From contig JAYWIR010000009.1 of the NCBI GenBank assembly GCA_036172245.1, positions 2,852,001 through 2,916,000 of the forward strand: 64,000 nt of DNA, written 5' to 3'. Position numbers and translations under genes: made by a program. This document shows, in pieces, positions 1 to 12,911 of the stretch (positions are counted from its first letter, which is position 1; the number at the start of each line of letters is the position of its first letter). Under the pieces are notes generated by a model. That model did no database searches. It saw only the letters and a program-made list of their open reading frames with translations, and had not been told where the DNA came from. Origin of the DNA: Raillietiella orientalis (Eukaryota).

Positions 1-59
1 AAACGCCCCTTACCTCTCCAAGGCAGGAGCGTGCGCAAGTTTTTCCGTTTCGACAGGTA

Positions 60-1200
60 AACCTAGCGGCGATGCAAGACAAGCGATGCATGAAGGATGC
101 TTCGGTCATGCGACCAATGACCATGTCATTTTCCTGTCGCGCTCGCCTCCACGGGCAGCATCCAAAAATCCCCATCATCGACACGCTCGCGAAAGCGCAA
201 CGAGGAAACACGGAAACTGCGAAAAACGTCCGCTGCTGCTTTCAGGGACTCAGTGGCTGCAGGGCCTGGATGGAAGGGCCTCGAAATCGATAGGATCGAG
301 CCAAGTACCCAGAGATCAGGCAGGAACAGCTCTCGAGGTGACTTGGAAGACAGTGCATGGGGTGGTGGTGTCTGTCGAACCTTCCGGTCCATGAGGACTG
401 CAGTGGTGGTTTGGAAGAGGAGCGATGGTTGCAGCCTGCCGAAGCCCCTGGAAGGACGCTGGACCGTCTCCACCGAATGGCGAAGAAAGAGGAGAGCATC
501 CTACCTCCTCCTGGTGGAAAGTTGAGCTTGTCATTCCGCTGGGTCGTCCCGCGAGAGATCCTCCTGCGATCCATCTGGGAACACAGCAACGTGTAGACCG
601 CCAGCAGGCGAGACACTCTGGAGACGGGAGATAAAGAACTCTGTTTAAAGAGAATGCCCCGCTGTTGGAATCGCGTGGGGACAAATTCCGGGAACCACAG
701 TGTAGCAGGCGGAGGGCACATGGAAATCAAAACTAAATCTCGAGAGGAACTTGTATTTGGCGAGACTTCTTGAGACGGAATCCGGAATGACGGAATGATG
801 GATCTGGAGTCCAGGGAACCGCAAGGAGATCGACAACTTTCAATATGGTACATTTCAAATGATGGTATAAGACAAGCTCACGATTTCCACATCTTCATCC
901 AGGAAACTAGGTTTTCTGCATTCCCGTGAGATTATTCGTGCGTCGAGATTGGTTAAGCCGAGAGGAAAGGGTGGTCCGAGATGTGCAAGTGGTAGGAAGA
1001 GGCGGGTTCAGGTGTGGACGAGTGGCAAGTGTGGGTAAAGCAAGGAAAGCTCGCTTGACGGTCACTGCAAATGCAGCGCCTGACGTACTCCCCTTATTTG
1101 GGAGCCTAATCCAAAGTTTGCCCATGATCCGCCGGTGTTGATGCCAGCAGAGTCTTCATGCTGCGACGACTTATCGAGTCACAGAGTGGAGTCCCACGTA
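60..1200 (+). mobile_element. Highly decayed non-LTR retrotransposon remnant (ORF1 zinc-knuckle region followed by APE endonuclease start)
   Basis: Motif ghosts in the expected order across frames: RCMK../CFGH (~84-110), KHGNCEK and SGCRAW (~206-270, cf. KCxNC..H.A..RGC), LSIWYISNDGIR..HDFHIFIQETRF (~837-914, cf. DI..IQET), RRDW..RGKGG (~941-975), CDDLSSH (~1162-1182, cf. GDFNSH). Recognised by eye only; boundaries approximate. Confidence 0.45.
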
Positions 1201-1340
1201 AGCTGTGGAGCAATTAGAATCCCGACTCCCGACTTGTGACTCCCGACCGGCTCTTCGTTCTCCAGGGTACATAATTGTTGCTCAAGATTGTCTGAGCCGA
1301 GACGTTTACTTTGCATTCTCTGGCAACTGCTTTCTGCAGC

Positions 1341-1468
1341 TGAAATTTAATCTCTCATTGTTGAAATTGAGCTGCTCATTGTTGAAATATAACCGTACAT
1401 TGTTAAAATAGAATCATCAATTGTTGAGATTGTATCATGAATTGTTGAAATTGAGTCATGCATTGTTG
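1341..1468. repeat. 21-bp minisatellite, ~6 diverged copies (core (c/a)attgttgaaat)
   Basis: Cores at 1356, 1377, 1398, 1419, 1440 and 1461, plus a partial copy at 1341. Confidence 0.85.
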
Positions 1469-2802
1469 CTGCGATCTTGGCTCAGCTGCATCCATCTGAA
1501 CCAGGCGAATCAGGCACACATTACGTGTTTAATAAATGTTCTTGCCATGCCTTATATTGGAGCTCATCATCTTGCATCTGATTTCTTCTGCCCTTTCCCG
1601 AAAGATCTCGAATTCCCGCAGGATTTCGCTGTTTGAGATCCACTGCCAATGCTCGGACTGATGCCTGTTCTCCCATGCAAGAGAACTGGAGAGCCCTTCT
1701 ACAGAAAATCAAGAATACACCTCCACTTTGGTCCCTTCCAAGAGAATAAAAGTTGTTGACTGCTGCAAACATTGCCCAGGTCCAGGCGAGACTTACCGAT
1801 TCTCTCGGTAAGCAAGGAAAGGATGGTCCTGCAACGCTCTGGAGCAGAAAATCCTGCACTTAGTAGGAGCACCCAATTTCGAAAGCTCCTTTCCACATTT
1901 GTTTTTTTTTTTTTTTTTTTTTTCCTGTTCTGCTCAGTGAGTCCGATCTGTGTTGACTCACCGTTCACGAAGCACTTCCCATGGAGAACACCAAGCAAAG
2001 GTGCCTTGAAGGTGTGGTTTATAGCGCCATCTGCAATGCTTCAATGGCGGGCCAACTGCCTTCGCCAACTCCAAATAAAATTTTAAAAAAGTCAAAAGGT
2101 ACCTTTGAACTGTTACAGGAGTGCTTGATGGGAAACAAATCTAGCACTTAAAGGTGGATAGGCTGCTTCCCTGGTCAGCACTTCCGGTGTGCAAAAGTAC
2201 TAGCTGATACGGACGGAGGGCTCTGGGCATTTGTCAGAGTCTCCAGAAGTCGCCAGCAGCTTCTGCATCAGCATGCGAACGTATTCCGACGACCCCGGAA
2301 GTCTGCGAGTTTCGAAGCCACTTCTCCGAAGGGTACTGTGGTTCCCCAGAGCATAAACCGTTCCAGATTCCTTTCTAGCCCGGAACAGGAGCCGAGTCCT
2401 TCTTGCCAGGTGATACGGTTGTATTTTTCCCGAGCCCTGAGACAGAGAATGCAATCACTTTTTATTTATTTATTTATTTATTTCGCTTTTCTTAAGGAGC
2501 CGTCGATGCTGATTTTCTCTTGGAACTTACGACTTTTCGGAGCCTCATTTATTCCATAATGGCACTTCAAGAAGAGCGGATGATGGCGATCAACGTTTAT
2601 GAGTCTTTAATTAAACTCAACCTAACCGTGAAAAAAAGAAAGAAAGAAAAAGTCAAACCCAGCAGCCTCCGTGGTTATTTTTCGCCGTTTTAACTCCCGG
2701 CGTACGAATTCCCGGTACGTCGAGTAACCACGTGATTTTCCGTCGGAACCGAGGAGCCGAACGCACGTTACGCCTTCCCGACGAGCACTCCGTCCGCAGC
2801 TC

Positions 2803-3202
2803 CGCTCGCGAGGGAATTTGGGCGCGAACGGTGCGGTGGCGCACCGGCGGTGCCCCGGTGGCGGCGTCGGCGGGGGTCCGGCAGGTCGCGTTCCCTCCAG
2901 GGAAGACGCAGAGGGCTCGGTCCGCCCCTGCCGGCGCGACCGTCCGCCCGCGCGACGCTGCCTCCGCCCTCTTTGCCCGCTCCGCACGTCCGCGGGGCGC
3001 TCGCGAGGGAATTTGGGCGCGAACGGTGCGGCGGCGCACCGGCGGTGCCCCGGTGGCGGCGTCGGCGGGGGTTTCGGCAGGTCGCGTTCCCTCCCGGGAA
3101 GACGCAGAGGGCTCGGTCCGTCCCTGCCGGCGCGACCGTCCGCCCGCGCGACGCTGCCTCCGCCCTCTTTGCCCGCTCCGCACGTCCGCGGGGCGCGCTC
3201 GC
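2803..3202. repeat. GC/CpG-rich tandem duplication, 2 x ~195 bp
   Basis: agggaatttgggcgcgaacggtgcgg starts at 2811 and again at 3006; the copies differ at only about 4-5 positions. Confidence 0.95.
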
Positions 3203-6200
3203 CTCCCCTCTCCGGGAAGTGACGCCGCCAGTCCGGCCGCCCGGACACGGAGAGCGGGCGGCGCTCGCATGATGTTGGCGATCAGTGAAGGATGGCGTGG
3301 TTTCATGGTGCATCACGCTAATCCTTCGTATGAAAGTAAAGCGTCCTCGTTTGTTTGTTTGTTATTTTTTTTTTTTTTTCACCGCTTCCCATCCAACTGG
3401 GAAGACTAAATGATTTTTGTGCGGACGCAGTTTTGATAACCCGAGCCAGGAAATGAATTCCCTGTACGGCAAGGTCCCGTGATCCCTCTGAGCTGTTACT
3501 CAGCTGACCACAGGCTGCTCCTGCGGCTGGGAATGACCATCCGGAGCGTAAGAACGTGTGTGTCCGTGCACGGATACGTTCGCTCGCTTCCTCGCAGTTG
3601 CGGAAGTTTGGAAAATCAACTTTGGGGCCTTTTTTTTTTTTGTTTTTTTTTTTGAAAAAAAAGAAAAAAGAAAGGAAGGGTGGAAGGTGAAACGGAGGGG
3701 TGCATTCCTGGAAGGACGAATGGTCGATGGTGCATAGCGCGAGGGGGCGAATCCGGATGGGGGCCGTTTTCCGGGGTGCGCGCGGACCAGGCCGGGGGGA
3801 GGAGGAAGAGGCGGTGTGTGTGTGTGTGTTGCTCCGCGCGAGCGAACGCAGCGTTGCTGCCATCTAGCGTCGCGGGCGCGCACTAGGGCGCAGCTCGGGG
3901 TTGTTAGTGTCGGCTTTCATGCCAGATTTCCATCAGACTTACGATGGGAAGGTTGCAAAGAGATTAATGTCATCCGGAGTTTGTTGTTCCCACATACGTG
4001 ATGGCCCGCAATCGAATTATCCTCATCCCGAAATTTCAACGTTTCTCCATGCCTGGGATGCTCGTGTCGATATGATTGCCTGAAACTTGTGCAGACCGGT
4101 TCCTCTGGTATGGGTCTTCATGACTTTCTGCTGATACTGTTTGTGTTGAAAACAGGTGAGGCTTTTTTGGCTTTTTCGTGCTTTTTTTTTTTTTTTTTTT
4201 TTGGCCCTTCCCCCCCACGGATTGTTGGCTGGTGCTGTTTCCTCGTGTCTTGGGGTGTGTCGCCCATCATCAGGCCCCATAAGCAGAAGTGTTGTCCGTG
4301 GTGGGCTGCAAGCGCTTCGGAAGAACGTGTGTGTGGTTGCCCGTTTTTTTTTTTTTTTTTTTTATTTGAAAAAAATAAAAAAATGGTGCGGCAGCTTGGA
4401 TTTTCGCTTACGTGTGCTTCCACGTTCCGAGTGCGTTTTTTTCGCTTACGTATTTCCCCGGTGCTGACACGATGGCCATGCCCGTTGCCCCCCCGCGGAC
4501 TCGGCGGTGGCGAAAAGCGGGAGGGTTGAGGGTCTTCCGCACTCCGAATGACCCCTCCAAGCGAAGTGGACTCGGACCAGATCCCCCCCCCCACCCTCTC
4601 CCCTTTGTTGTCTTCTCCCCTTCTCTCAATGTGTGTGTGTGTGCCGTTCGGGTGGATCATTTCCGATCCAATATGGCCGCGCGGTTAATCGGCGACCGGC
4701 GTGGTTCCGAATGAAAGGTATCTGTGGGTGGGGGGAGGGGGGTTCCGATTTCGTCCTTGTCCCCGGGGCCGCATTTCCGTTCCGGGCTCGTCTTCTTCCT
4801 TCCGCGGGGCGGGCACCCCGTTCTCGTCCCTCGTGTGGCATCCCTGCAGGTCCTCCACGCTTTGCCTCTTGGAAGAAGGAGAGGAAGAAAAAAAAGGCTT
4901 GTTTTTTTCTTTGCACTTTGGGAGTTTGTTTTCATCGATAAGGGAGGGTGAAAGATGGGATAAAACAAAAGGAGCGAGAGGTTGTGGAAGCCCTCGCGGG
5001 GCATGCGTTCGGGGGCCTGGAGCCCGTGGGACTCCGACGTCAGCCTGCCTCCCCGAGTGACAGCCCGCTGTCTCCGGGGCGAAAGATTGTTCCAATTGTG
5101 TGACCACTTTTATTATTTTTAACCTCGGCTAACGAAAACGATCACATGACACACACACACACACACAAAGAAGCAAGAGGAAGGAAAGAGAGTCGTCCTC
5201 GCTAATATCTTCGGTTCCCATGGTTACATATATATATATATATATATTTCTTCTCCCGTGAGTGATATCTGTGGGTCCACGCGCCTGCTCGTCGTGATGG
5301 GACTGACCCGCTTCCGAGGCCACTGTTAATGATCCAGCATTCTCTTTGAGTAAATTCTCGCCGGCTTGTTTGCCAATTGGACGTGACACCGACGACTGTT
5401 ATCGCCCTATTCCTTCCCAGGGAAAAAGTCCGCGTTCCTCGTAGGTGGGCCTTCCTCCCATGCCATGGCGAGCGCTGCTGCTGCCGCTGCTGCTGCTGCT
5501 GCGGAAGAAACAGATGGAATCGGAAGATTTACAGTGCTCGCGCGAAGCTCGGGCATTTAAATTTCATTGCGGATAAACAGAGAGAGCGGCAGCGGTTGCC
5601 GGGGGAACGAAGCCAAGTGCGCCGTCGCCCCCTCGCCGTGGGGTTCCCCTCGAGGGCGCTCGTCCGTCGAGTTGGACCGAACCGCTGCTGCGGAAGCGAG
5701 CCTTTCCTTCCGCCTCCCTCCTTCTCCCGCTCCTCTCGGCCCCGTCTCCGCAGCGAGCGGGGTTGCCAGGGTGCACCCACCCCACCCCACCCCCACCCCC
5801 TCTGCGAACTCATTCCTGCCCTTCGCCGCGTGTTCTCGCCTTCCTCTCCTCTGCCACGGCCATCTTCGTTCCACTCTGAGGAAAGATGCGTCTTTTTCCT
5901 TCCTTCCTTCCTTCCCCCCCCCCCTCTCTTACGGTCTTTGTGATTCGGAGGATGCCTCCGTTCAATCGGTAGCGGCGCGCGCAAACTTGATTAGCTCTTC
6001 GAGTGCTTGTCCAAACACTTGGTCTTGACTGCCCTTGAAAAGATCATAGGGCTTCCTTCCGGTGGGTCCATCGTGCCATTTTCCCTTCCTTTTTTTTTTT
6101 TTTTTTTTTTTTTTTCTTTTTTTCCCCCCGTCTTCTCGGGACACCTCGGCGCGCGCGCCCGCGCGCTTCTTTCCGTACCTTGCGGAAGTGATTCCCCCCT

Positions 6201-9200
6201 CCCCCCCACCCCCACCCCAAGCGCGCTCGCGCGCGCGCGCTTGGGCGCGAGGATCGGTGGGTGAAAGCCCTCTCCTTGTTAGGAGATCGGATGCCTTCCT
6301 TCCTGCGGCCCTTCCTTTTCGCGTGGAGGCGCATCACGAAAAACCTATTTCGTCTGCCGGCTGTTTATTGCGAGCCGACTGCACGAGGCGCGCGCGCCAC
6401 GCTCGGAATGTGCGCGCGGCCGCGGCGGACTCGGCAACCCTGTCCGAGCGGTTGTTCCCCGGACGTCGGAGTATCAATCACGGGCGACGCTGATATTCGT
6501 GACAACACGTTCCGTTGAGGGGGGAAGTAGGAGGAGGAAGAGGGAGAGCATCGGAGGCCCATTATTTGCTTGTCTTCGGTCGGACCTAGCGGCGAGGCTT
6601 GACCGGAAAGATGCATGCCCGGGGGAGGTGGCGCTCCGAGGCCCCGTGCGCTCGCACGGGAAGGTCCGAGGGTGCGCTCTTCCGCCAGGGCATCCAGGGG
6701 GCCTCCCTTTTCGCGGGGGGGGTAGGGGGAAGCCGGAGGGGATACCCGAAATAAGCGTTTCCCGGAGTGCGGCTCCGCGCACGCGCGCTTCACTAGAAGA
6801 AGCTGTTTTCCCCGCAAGTACCCTACAATACAGTCCTGTCGTTTCCATGGAGAAGAAGGGAGGAAGGGGAGGGGGTACGAGGGGAGAGAAGGATAAGGAA
6901 GGAAATCCACGCTGCGAATAACTTTTGGAAACACGTTGTAATTCGAAACTGTTGTGTTCGGCAGCGGATATTCGAGACACCCCAAGGAAAGGAGCGGCGA
7001 AGAGCGCACTTCTTAGCAGCGCGCATCGGTTCCCGCGCACGTGTTGAACATGTGCTTCGCGGAAAAAGTGGTCGGGGGCGCGCAGGGGGCGCCGTGGATT
7101 CGGGGGTCACCGGCTGTCGCAGATCCGAGGAGAAAAATTGGGGGCTTCTTCTTTTCTTCTTCTTCCTTTCTTTTCGCCGTTCCTCTCTCCTGCGCGCCGA
7201 CCTTTTTGTTTTTACGAGAGAGATCGAGGTGTCGCACGCACCCCCGCCGCCAGCGGTCATGAGACCCTTCGGAACACACGGTGAAGTCGGCGTGAATCCC
7301 CGCCGAGGCTCGTGCAGATTTAATTGAATTCCAATTTGCGGCTCATCTCAACGTATCGCCATGAGCACCGCGCATCGGCGGACATGTGCGCGCGCACGCG
7401 GGGTCACGCAGCTCCCCTTGAAAATTGGAAGTTCTCGTCCGAGGTCCTCATCGGCCCTCGCTGCAAATAACTCCTCGCCTTTCATCATCATCATCGCGTC
7501 ACGCTCCATCCCTCCTGGCGCATCCGCATCCGTCGCATCGGATTGGAAGCTATGGCATCCTGCCCGATTTCTTCCTTCTCCGGGAAGAGTCCGGCCGCAC
7601 GGCCATCCAGCAAGCGGCGGTGACTCTTCGCGCTCTTCGATAAGGAGCGCGCTTATCGCGCCGTGCGGGGCCGTTTCCCTGCGTCACCTGTTGCCGATCG
7701 CCATGACTGCGAAAGAACGGCAAGCCGTGGTCTCTGTGCTGCCTGCTCCTGTCCGTTGCCGAAAAGAAAGGCTGCCGACCTCCTGGTTTTTCTTGTCGTC
7801 GTCGAAAGCGCTTCGACCCCGAAGAAGGAACCCACCGGGTTGCTGGGGACGTCCGCGCGGTCAGTGCCAAGGAAGAGTGCGTCTCCTGCGGTACTTCACC
7901 CACCGAACGCGTGCTCTTTCCTGGTTCCTGGAAGCCAACCGTGGAACCGATTCGCGCCGGCCGGTGATGAAGTGGAGGGGGGAGGGGTCGGTGGTGATTT
8001 CCGGCGCTCCGCTGGCACGTCTTCCTGGAAGTCGGGCAAGATGAAGGCTCCGCAGCCCCAGAGTGAAAAGCGGTCCTATGAATACCAAGAGCACCACCAC
8101 TCTCTTCCGCGGGCGACTGGCAGCCGGAGGGCTTGCGCACCTGCAAGCGGCTTCGGTGCGTCCCCATCGCTCCCAGGAAGCTTCACGTGACGGCCGCCCC
8201 CTATTCGGCCCGTGGCTGGGGGATCGCTTCTGCATGACGTCCGACGGTCGCGGAAGCGATTTCAACGCGCGGTTTCGCGTTTCCCGTTGCGGCGCCATCG
8301 GTCCCTCTGGAGGCGCTCCTTTATCCCGGGGAAGACGTCGGCGTGGCGGAGCGACTCCGGCGAAGTTTGGATGGAGGGGGGGAGGAGGTTCGGGATTGCC
8401 TTCCCGCCCTGCTTTTTTTTGGCTTTCACTTTTTTCGCAAAAAACAAGCACGTCGAGATTTTTCCAGATGGAGCGCGGACCGTGGCTGAACAAAGACCGC
8501 GCCTCTCGGTTTTCGCGTGCATCTGTCAACACTCTGGTCATGTGAATGTTTTCACGAGTGTAACCCATCTCGCAACCCGGGAAGAGGGATGAATGCTCTC
8601 TACGGCTGATTGATCGTGACAGTTTCACAAGACATGATTTTGCCAATTGTTCCGATGCCAGCTAACGATATGGCCAATTAATATCGGGAGCAATTTTTAT
8701 CGTGCTCTCGTTTGCATTGCTTCGTTTGCTTCCAGAAGAAAAAGGAAGAAGGAGAGAGAGGGAGAGGGAGAGGGAAATCGGGAGCTGCAGCCTACGTCTG
8801 CCACTCTAAATAGGACTGCTCCGGTAACACGAAACGATGCAAAAATTTTTTTTTTTTTCCTTCTTCTTCCTGAAACGAAACTCGGGAGCTCCTGGGCGAA
8901 TGTTCAGCACATGTTCCACGTCGGGTTTTTCCACGACCCCTCCGCGTGCAAGGCTTTTCCGTTAAGTCTTCAAGATTTTTCTTCTTTTGTGAAGGAAAAA
9001 TGATATTTTATTATAGTGGTGCATCTTCCCGAGGTACACGTGACTAACACATGGGAAGAGCGAAGCGTGGAGTATGGATTTCTCGGCATATGCGCTCTTG
9101 GAGACGCTTCTTCGCGAACCGGAGAGCACCGTTTTTTTTTTTCTTCTTCTTCTTTCTTTTTGGTTTCGCATTCTTCTTCTGTCTCCTGGTGGGCCTGGCA

Positions 9201-12200
9201 CGCTCACATGTTGGGGATCCCCTTCGTTGGGAAACCTGGTGGTGGCTTTGCGGCTCGCCACCCCAGTCCACTCTTCGGCAGGGAGGAAGTGGACGTGGGG
9301 AAGGTCTTGCCGGAAGCGCGCGTCCGTGGCTGCGTGTTGGCGGCGGTGGTGCTGCGCGCCTCTTTCCTTGCGCGTCCGAGCAGAGCACGAGCAGCCTGCT
9401 TTCCTTTCTGGAAACCAAATATTTCGCGGAAAAGTTGGAATTCGCTCCCTTCCCCGAGCATCTGCTGACGATATTGGCACTCACCCCCAGGGCGTGAGAA
9501 TGTGCTCCTTTGTGTCTGCGCTTAGTATCCTGTTCCCGTATCTCCAAACTGCATTTTCAATGCTGACGCATGTAGTAAATACTTTAGGAGTCGTCTCGGA
9601 TGATGCTGACAGATTCGACAGCTTCTCGGAAGAGCGCGAAAACTCTTCAGCGCCGCGTGCAGCAGCGCTGCCCGGACCTTGTTGTTCCTCACGGCCTCTC
9701 CCTCTTCTGGGAAGCTGCGAACTTTTGCCCGTGTGCCCTCCTCGCGCTGTGCGTTCTTCGGCATCGTTCTCTTCGCTTGCTCTTCGGCGAAGAGGATTTC
9801 TTCGGGAAAAGGATTCGAGTGGCCGGAGGCGGAGCACCACCGAAGGTGGGTTTTTTTCTTCTTCTTCCCAGCCCATCACACGGGATTCGCCACGGACCCC
9901 CACCCTGGTGGTGCTGCCGTCTTCGAATTCCTTCTCGGTGTGCACACGAGAAAACACGGCTTCCTTCTCCTCGCCGTTTGCACTTTCCCCGTCCCATCAT
10001 CCGAGTGGGGTGCATCCAGCGCTCACGAATTCTTCCAGCAGGAGTATGTGTGTTGCAGCGGATGTTTCGCAGATGTTTTCTCTAAAGCTTTCTCCTTCTT
10101 TCCTTTCGGAGAGCGAGTTGTGTGCTCCTGAATCCCTTGGTGCAAATTGTAGTCTGCTGCGACGTAGGACAGCGGTTTTTTATTGATTGGTATCCATGGT
10201 CTGCTCGTACACAAACACATCTTCCAGCCCTATGTTATTCGTTAAAAATACCCTCCTCTTCTCTTCCTTCCCGTCGAAAAAATCCGAATATATGTATATA
10301 TATATATATATTTGGGGGGGGGGGAGGGGGGCCTCTCTCTCTTCCCCTTCGACGGTCGGGCGCCATCACCACGAAATTCAAATCACAGTCGTTTGCAAAA
10401 TGATTGCAAACCGAAGCTCAGGATCAAAAGTGTGTCTTCCATTATCCATTCTGTGCAAAAAAAAAAGAAAAAAAAAGCGCACACACTCACGTGTCTCTCT
10501 GCCTTATCTCTTGCAAGTGTTGAATGTAATTTCTTATACTCCAGCGTTGCCTGGTTTTTCTTCTGTTTTCTGTGTTTTGTTTTGTTTTAACATGGCGTGC
10601 ACACGCTATAAATTGCTTCCGGGTTTACAGTCGAAGACTTTTGTGCCTATTAAAAGATATGACTTGGCGATCCTTGCGGAATTTCAACTTATTCCACTGG
10701 AACAGACCTTTTTTTTTTTTCTTTTCTCTTTCTCTCTCTCTCTCTCTCTCGAGACACGGAACATCCTCACCATCTAAGCAACCGCTTACTCTTGTGGAAC
10801 TCCATCTCACGTGCATCTGGCTTGTCCGGACACATTCCAGTTTATGGGACCATTCCAGTTTGGAAGGCATGTAGAGATGGGTAAACAGACCGGCTTCCCA
10901 GAGGCGGAGGCCACCTCTTGTACTGGTGGTGGTTCGGAAAAGGAGAAGGTCGCCGATTCTGAATCCGCTTCCAAGTCAAGGGGCATTTTTTAAGGAACAA
11001 AATCCTGGAAGAAAAAAAAAAAAAAAAGGAACATGGGAATGCTCAGCTTCAAGCGTGCATGCTGAACATCATTGGCACGCTCTTGGAAATGGATTAGCCA
11101 ACAGGAGGAAATATTTGCTGTGCAACTTCTAGCCGTCTGGGATGAGGTTCTTGTCATTGATAATGTTCCTCTCAATGTTGGGATGTGAAAAGTTGGTCAG
11201 GGATTCTAGTCCACGTATGTGAGGTTGGTTGTCTCTCTCTCTCTCTCTCTCTCTCCCCAGAAATATGCGACGGTGGGCGGATCTGCTCAGCATCCTGGAA
11301 GATAGCAAAAGCCGATCCGTCGCAAACGATCTGCTAATAAGAAGAGATGGGAAGGGTTTTCCCGGGTGTTGGGCACCACGGGTGCGCATCCGGTGGTGTC
11401 CTTGTTCCGTTTGTTCGTCCCTTTTTTCCTTTTTACCTCATCCTCGGATCTGCTGCACACACCCATCAATCCAGTAGTTGCACTTGGAAAGAGGAGGTTG
11501 TTTCGTAAATCTTCAGCATGGAGTTCTGTATGCGAGATGATGCTTCTAATCCTCTGCTCGGCTGTATTTTAAGTAGGAGATTTTCTTCTTGCCACGCCCT
11601 TCGATTGTCTGGTACGCTTTATTTTTGGCAGGAATTGTGTGTTCCAGTGAAACAGACGGGGGGATCTGTTCCCGTGAAGCTCTTCCGAAAAGCATCGTCC
11701 TTTTGTGTGTGTTCCATCGGAAAGCGTTGCCAATGAATGGCACTCGTTTACATATTTTCGTCCGTTCCCGTGCGCTTTTTAATGTGCTGATGACGTTCGG
11801 GAGCGTTCGACCCTTTCCCAAGTCATTCAAATCGCAGGCCGAATCGCGGAGAAGTGCCTTTTCCCTGCGCCCGGCGATTTCATCCGTCTTCGCGGCAGCA
11901 TCGCTCCTGTGGTCCTTCGCGTGCCTCCTCCGCCGGATGTTTGGTTTAGAAGGCGCCTGCGCGTTTCCCGCGGCCGGGGGGTCAGCACCGAGGCCGTGGA
12001 GCCACAGCTCGCTTTTCACGCACCCGTGGTTGGGGTCGGTGTTTGTGGTTCCACCGCGTCAGCTGCCGTCCCCTCTGTGACTGTGTGGCTCGACCAGAGC
12101 ATGAAACCCAACGGGGAGCTTTCCAGAAAAAAAGAAAAAAAAGGAGCGCTGTAAGAACGCAGAAGAAACGAGGGAATCTTTCCACCACGGAAGGCAGAGT

Positions 12201-12431
12201 GGTTTCTGGAAAGGGGGGGAAAAGAAAGGAGAAGAAGAAGAAGAAGAAAAAAAAGGGAATCCATGTGCTCCTCTTGCAGCGCGGAAGCACGTATTGTGTG
12301 CTTCTGTTACAGACGACATCCCGTCATAAGTGCGTGTTTTGACTCATTGAAGCTCAACCGACCCATTCCTTCTAATTTTTCAAGGAATTGATTTCGGATT
12401 CCCCTCCCCCCCCCCCCCTCTCTCTCTTTTT

Positions 12432-12911
12432 CGTGGGAAGTCTGATTTCAAATTCTCCATCCGACGCGAAAATTTATTTCGACCGTTTGGGTGTATACGT
12501 TCGGTATTTATGTTTTCATAGTTTTTTTTTTTTTTTTTGTTTTTTAATCGTGTCTGTATATCATGTCGCTCTTTTTCTTTCCTCCTTTTTTTTTTTTTTG
12601 TTTTGTTTTCGTGCTTCTCCATATGAATTCCCACATTGCGTAACTCGCATGTGTGTTCTCGAAAAATCGCCTCGTGAGCATCCCAAATTAGTTGGAAAGC
12701 GCGCGTCTATAAATAGAAACGCGCGACCCATTGTCGCGCGCATTAGCCTAGGACGGGCGCTGTTTATATCTCGAACCCCTTTGTTGAGCGCGCGCGTCCC
12801 CCCCGCCTCTCGCGCGCCTCCTCCTCCTCCTCCTCCCTTTCATTGTTAGCGCGAGCGTCATTGTTTGCGTTTACCTGTACGAGTCCGAGCTGCAGGAGCG
12901 GTGCGTCAGTC
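12432..12911 (+). promoter_or_regulatory. Candidate cis-regulatory module / promoter: Su(H) x2, Twist-type E-box x2, MEF2 site, Inr-like motif
   Basis: CGTGGGAA 12432-12439; CATATG 12620-12625; TTCCCACA 12628-12635; CATGTG 12648-12653; CTATAAATAG 12707-12716 (YTAWWWWTAR, also TATA-like); TCAGTC 12906-12911. Motif matches only. Confidence 0.35.

Noticed and set aside
2622..3409. Overlapping 130-225 aa ORFs in several frames over the GC-rich duplication
   Set aside because: Stop codons are rare here because of extreme GC content; the products are low-complexity R/G/P/A with no domain or splice support.
3399..3420. miR-7-like string gggaagactaaatgatttttgt
   Set aside because: It differs from the highly conserved mature miR-7 at several positions, and there is no star arm to form a pre-miRNA hairpin.
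7361..10186. Long ORFs 7361-8044, 7861-8646 and 9074-10186
   Set aside because: They run through homopolymer or low-complexity tracts and show no recognisable domain or exon structure.
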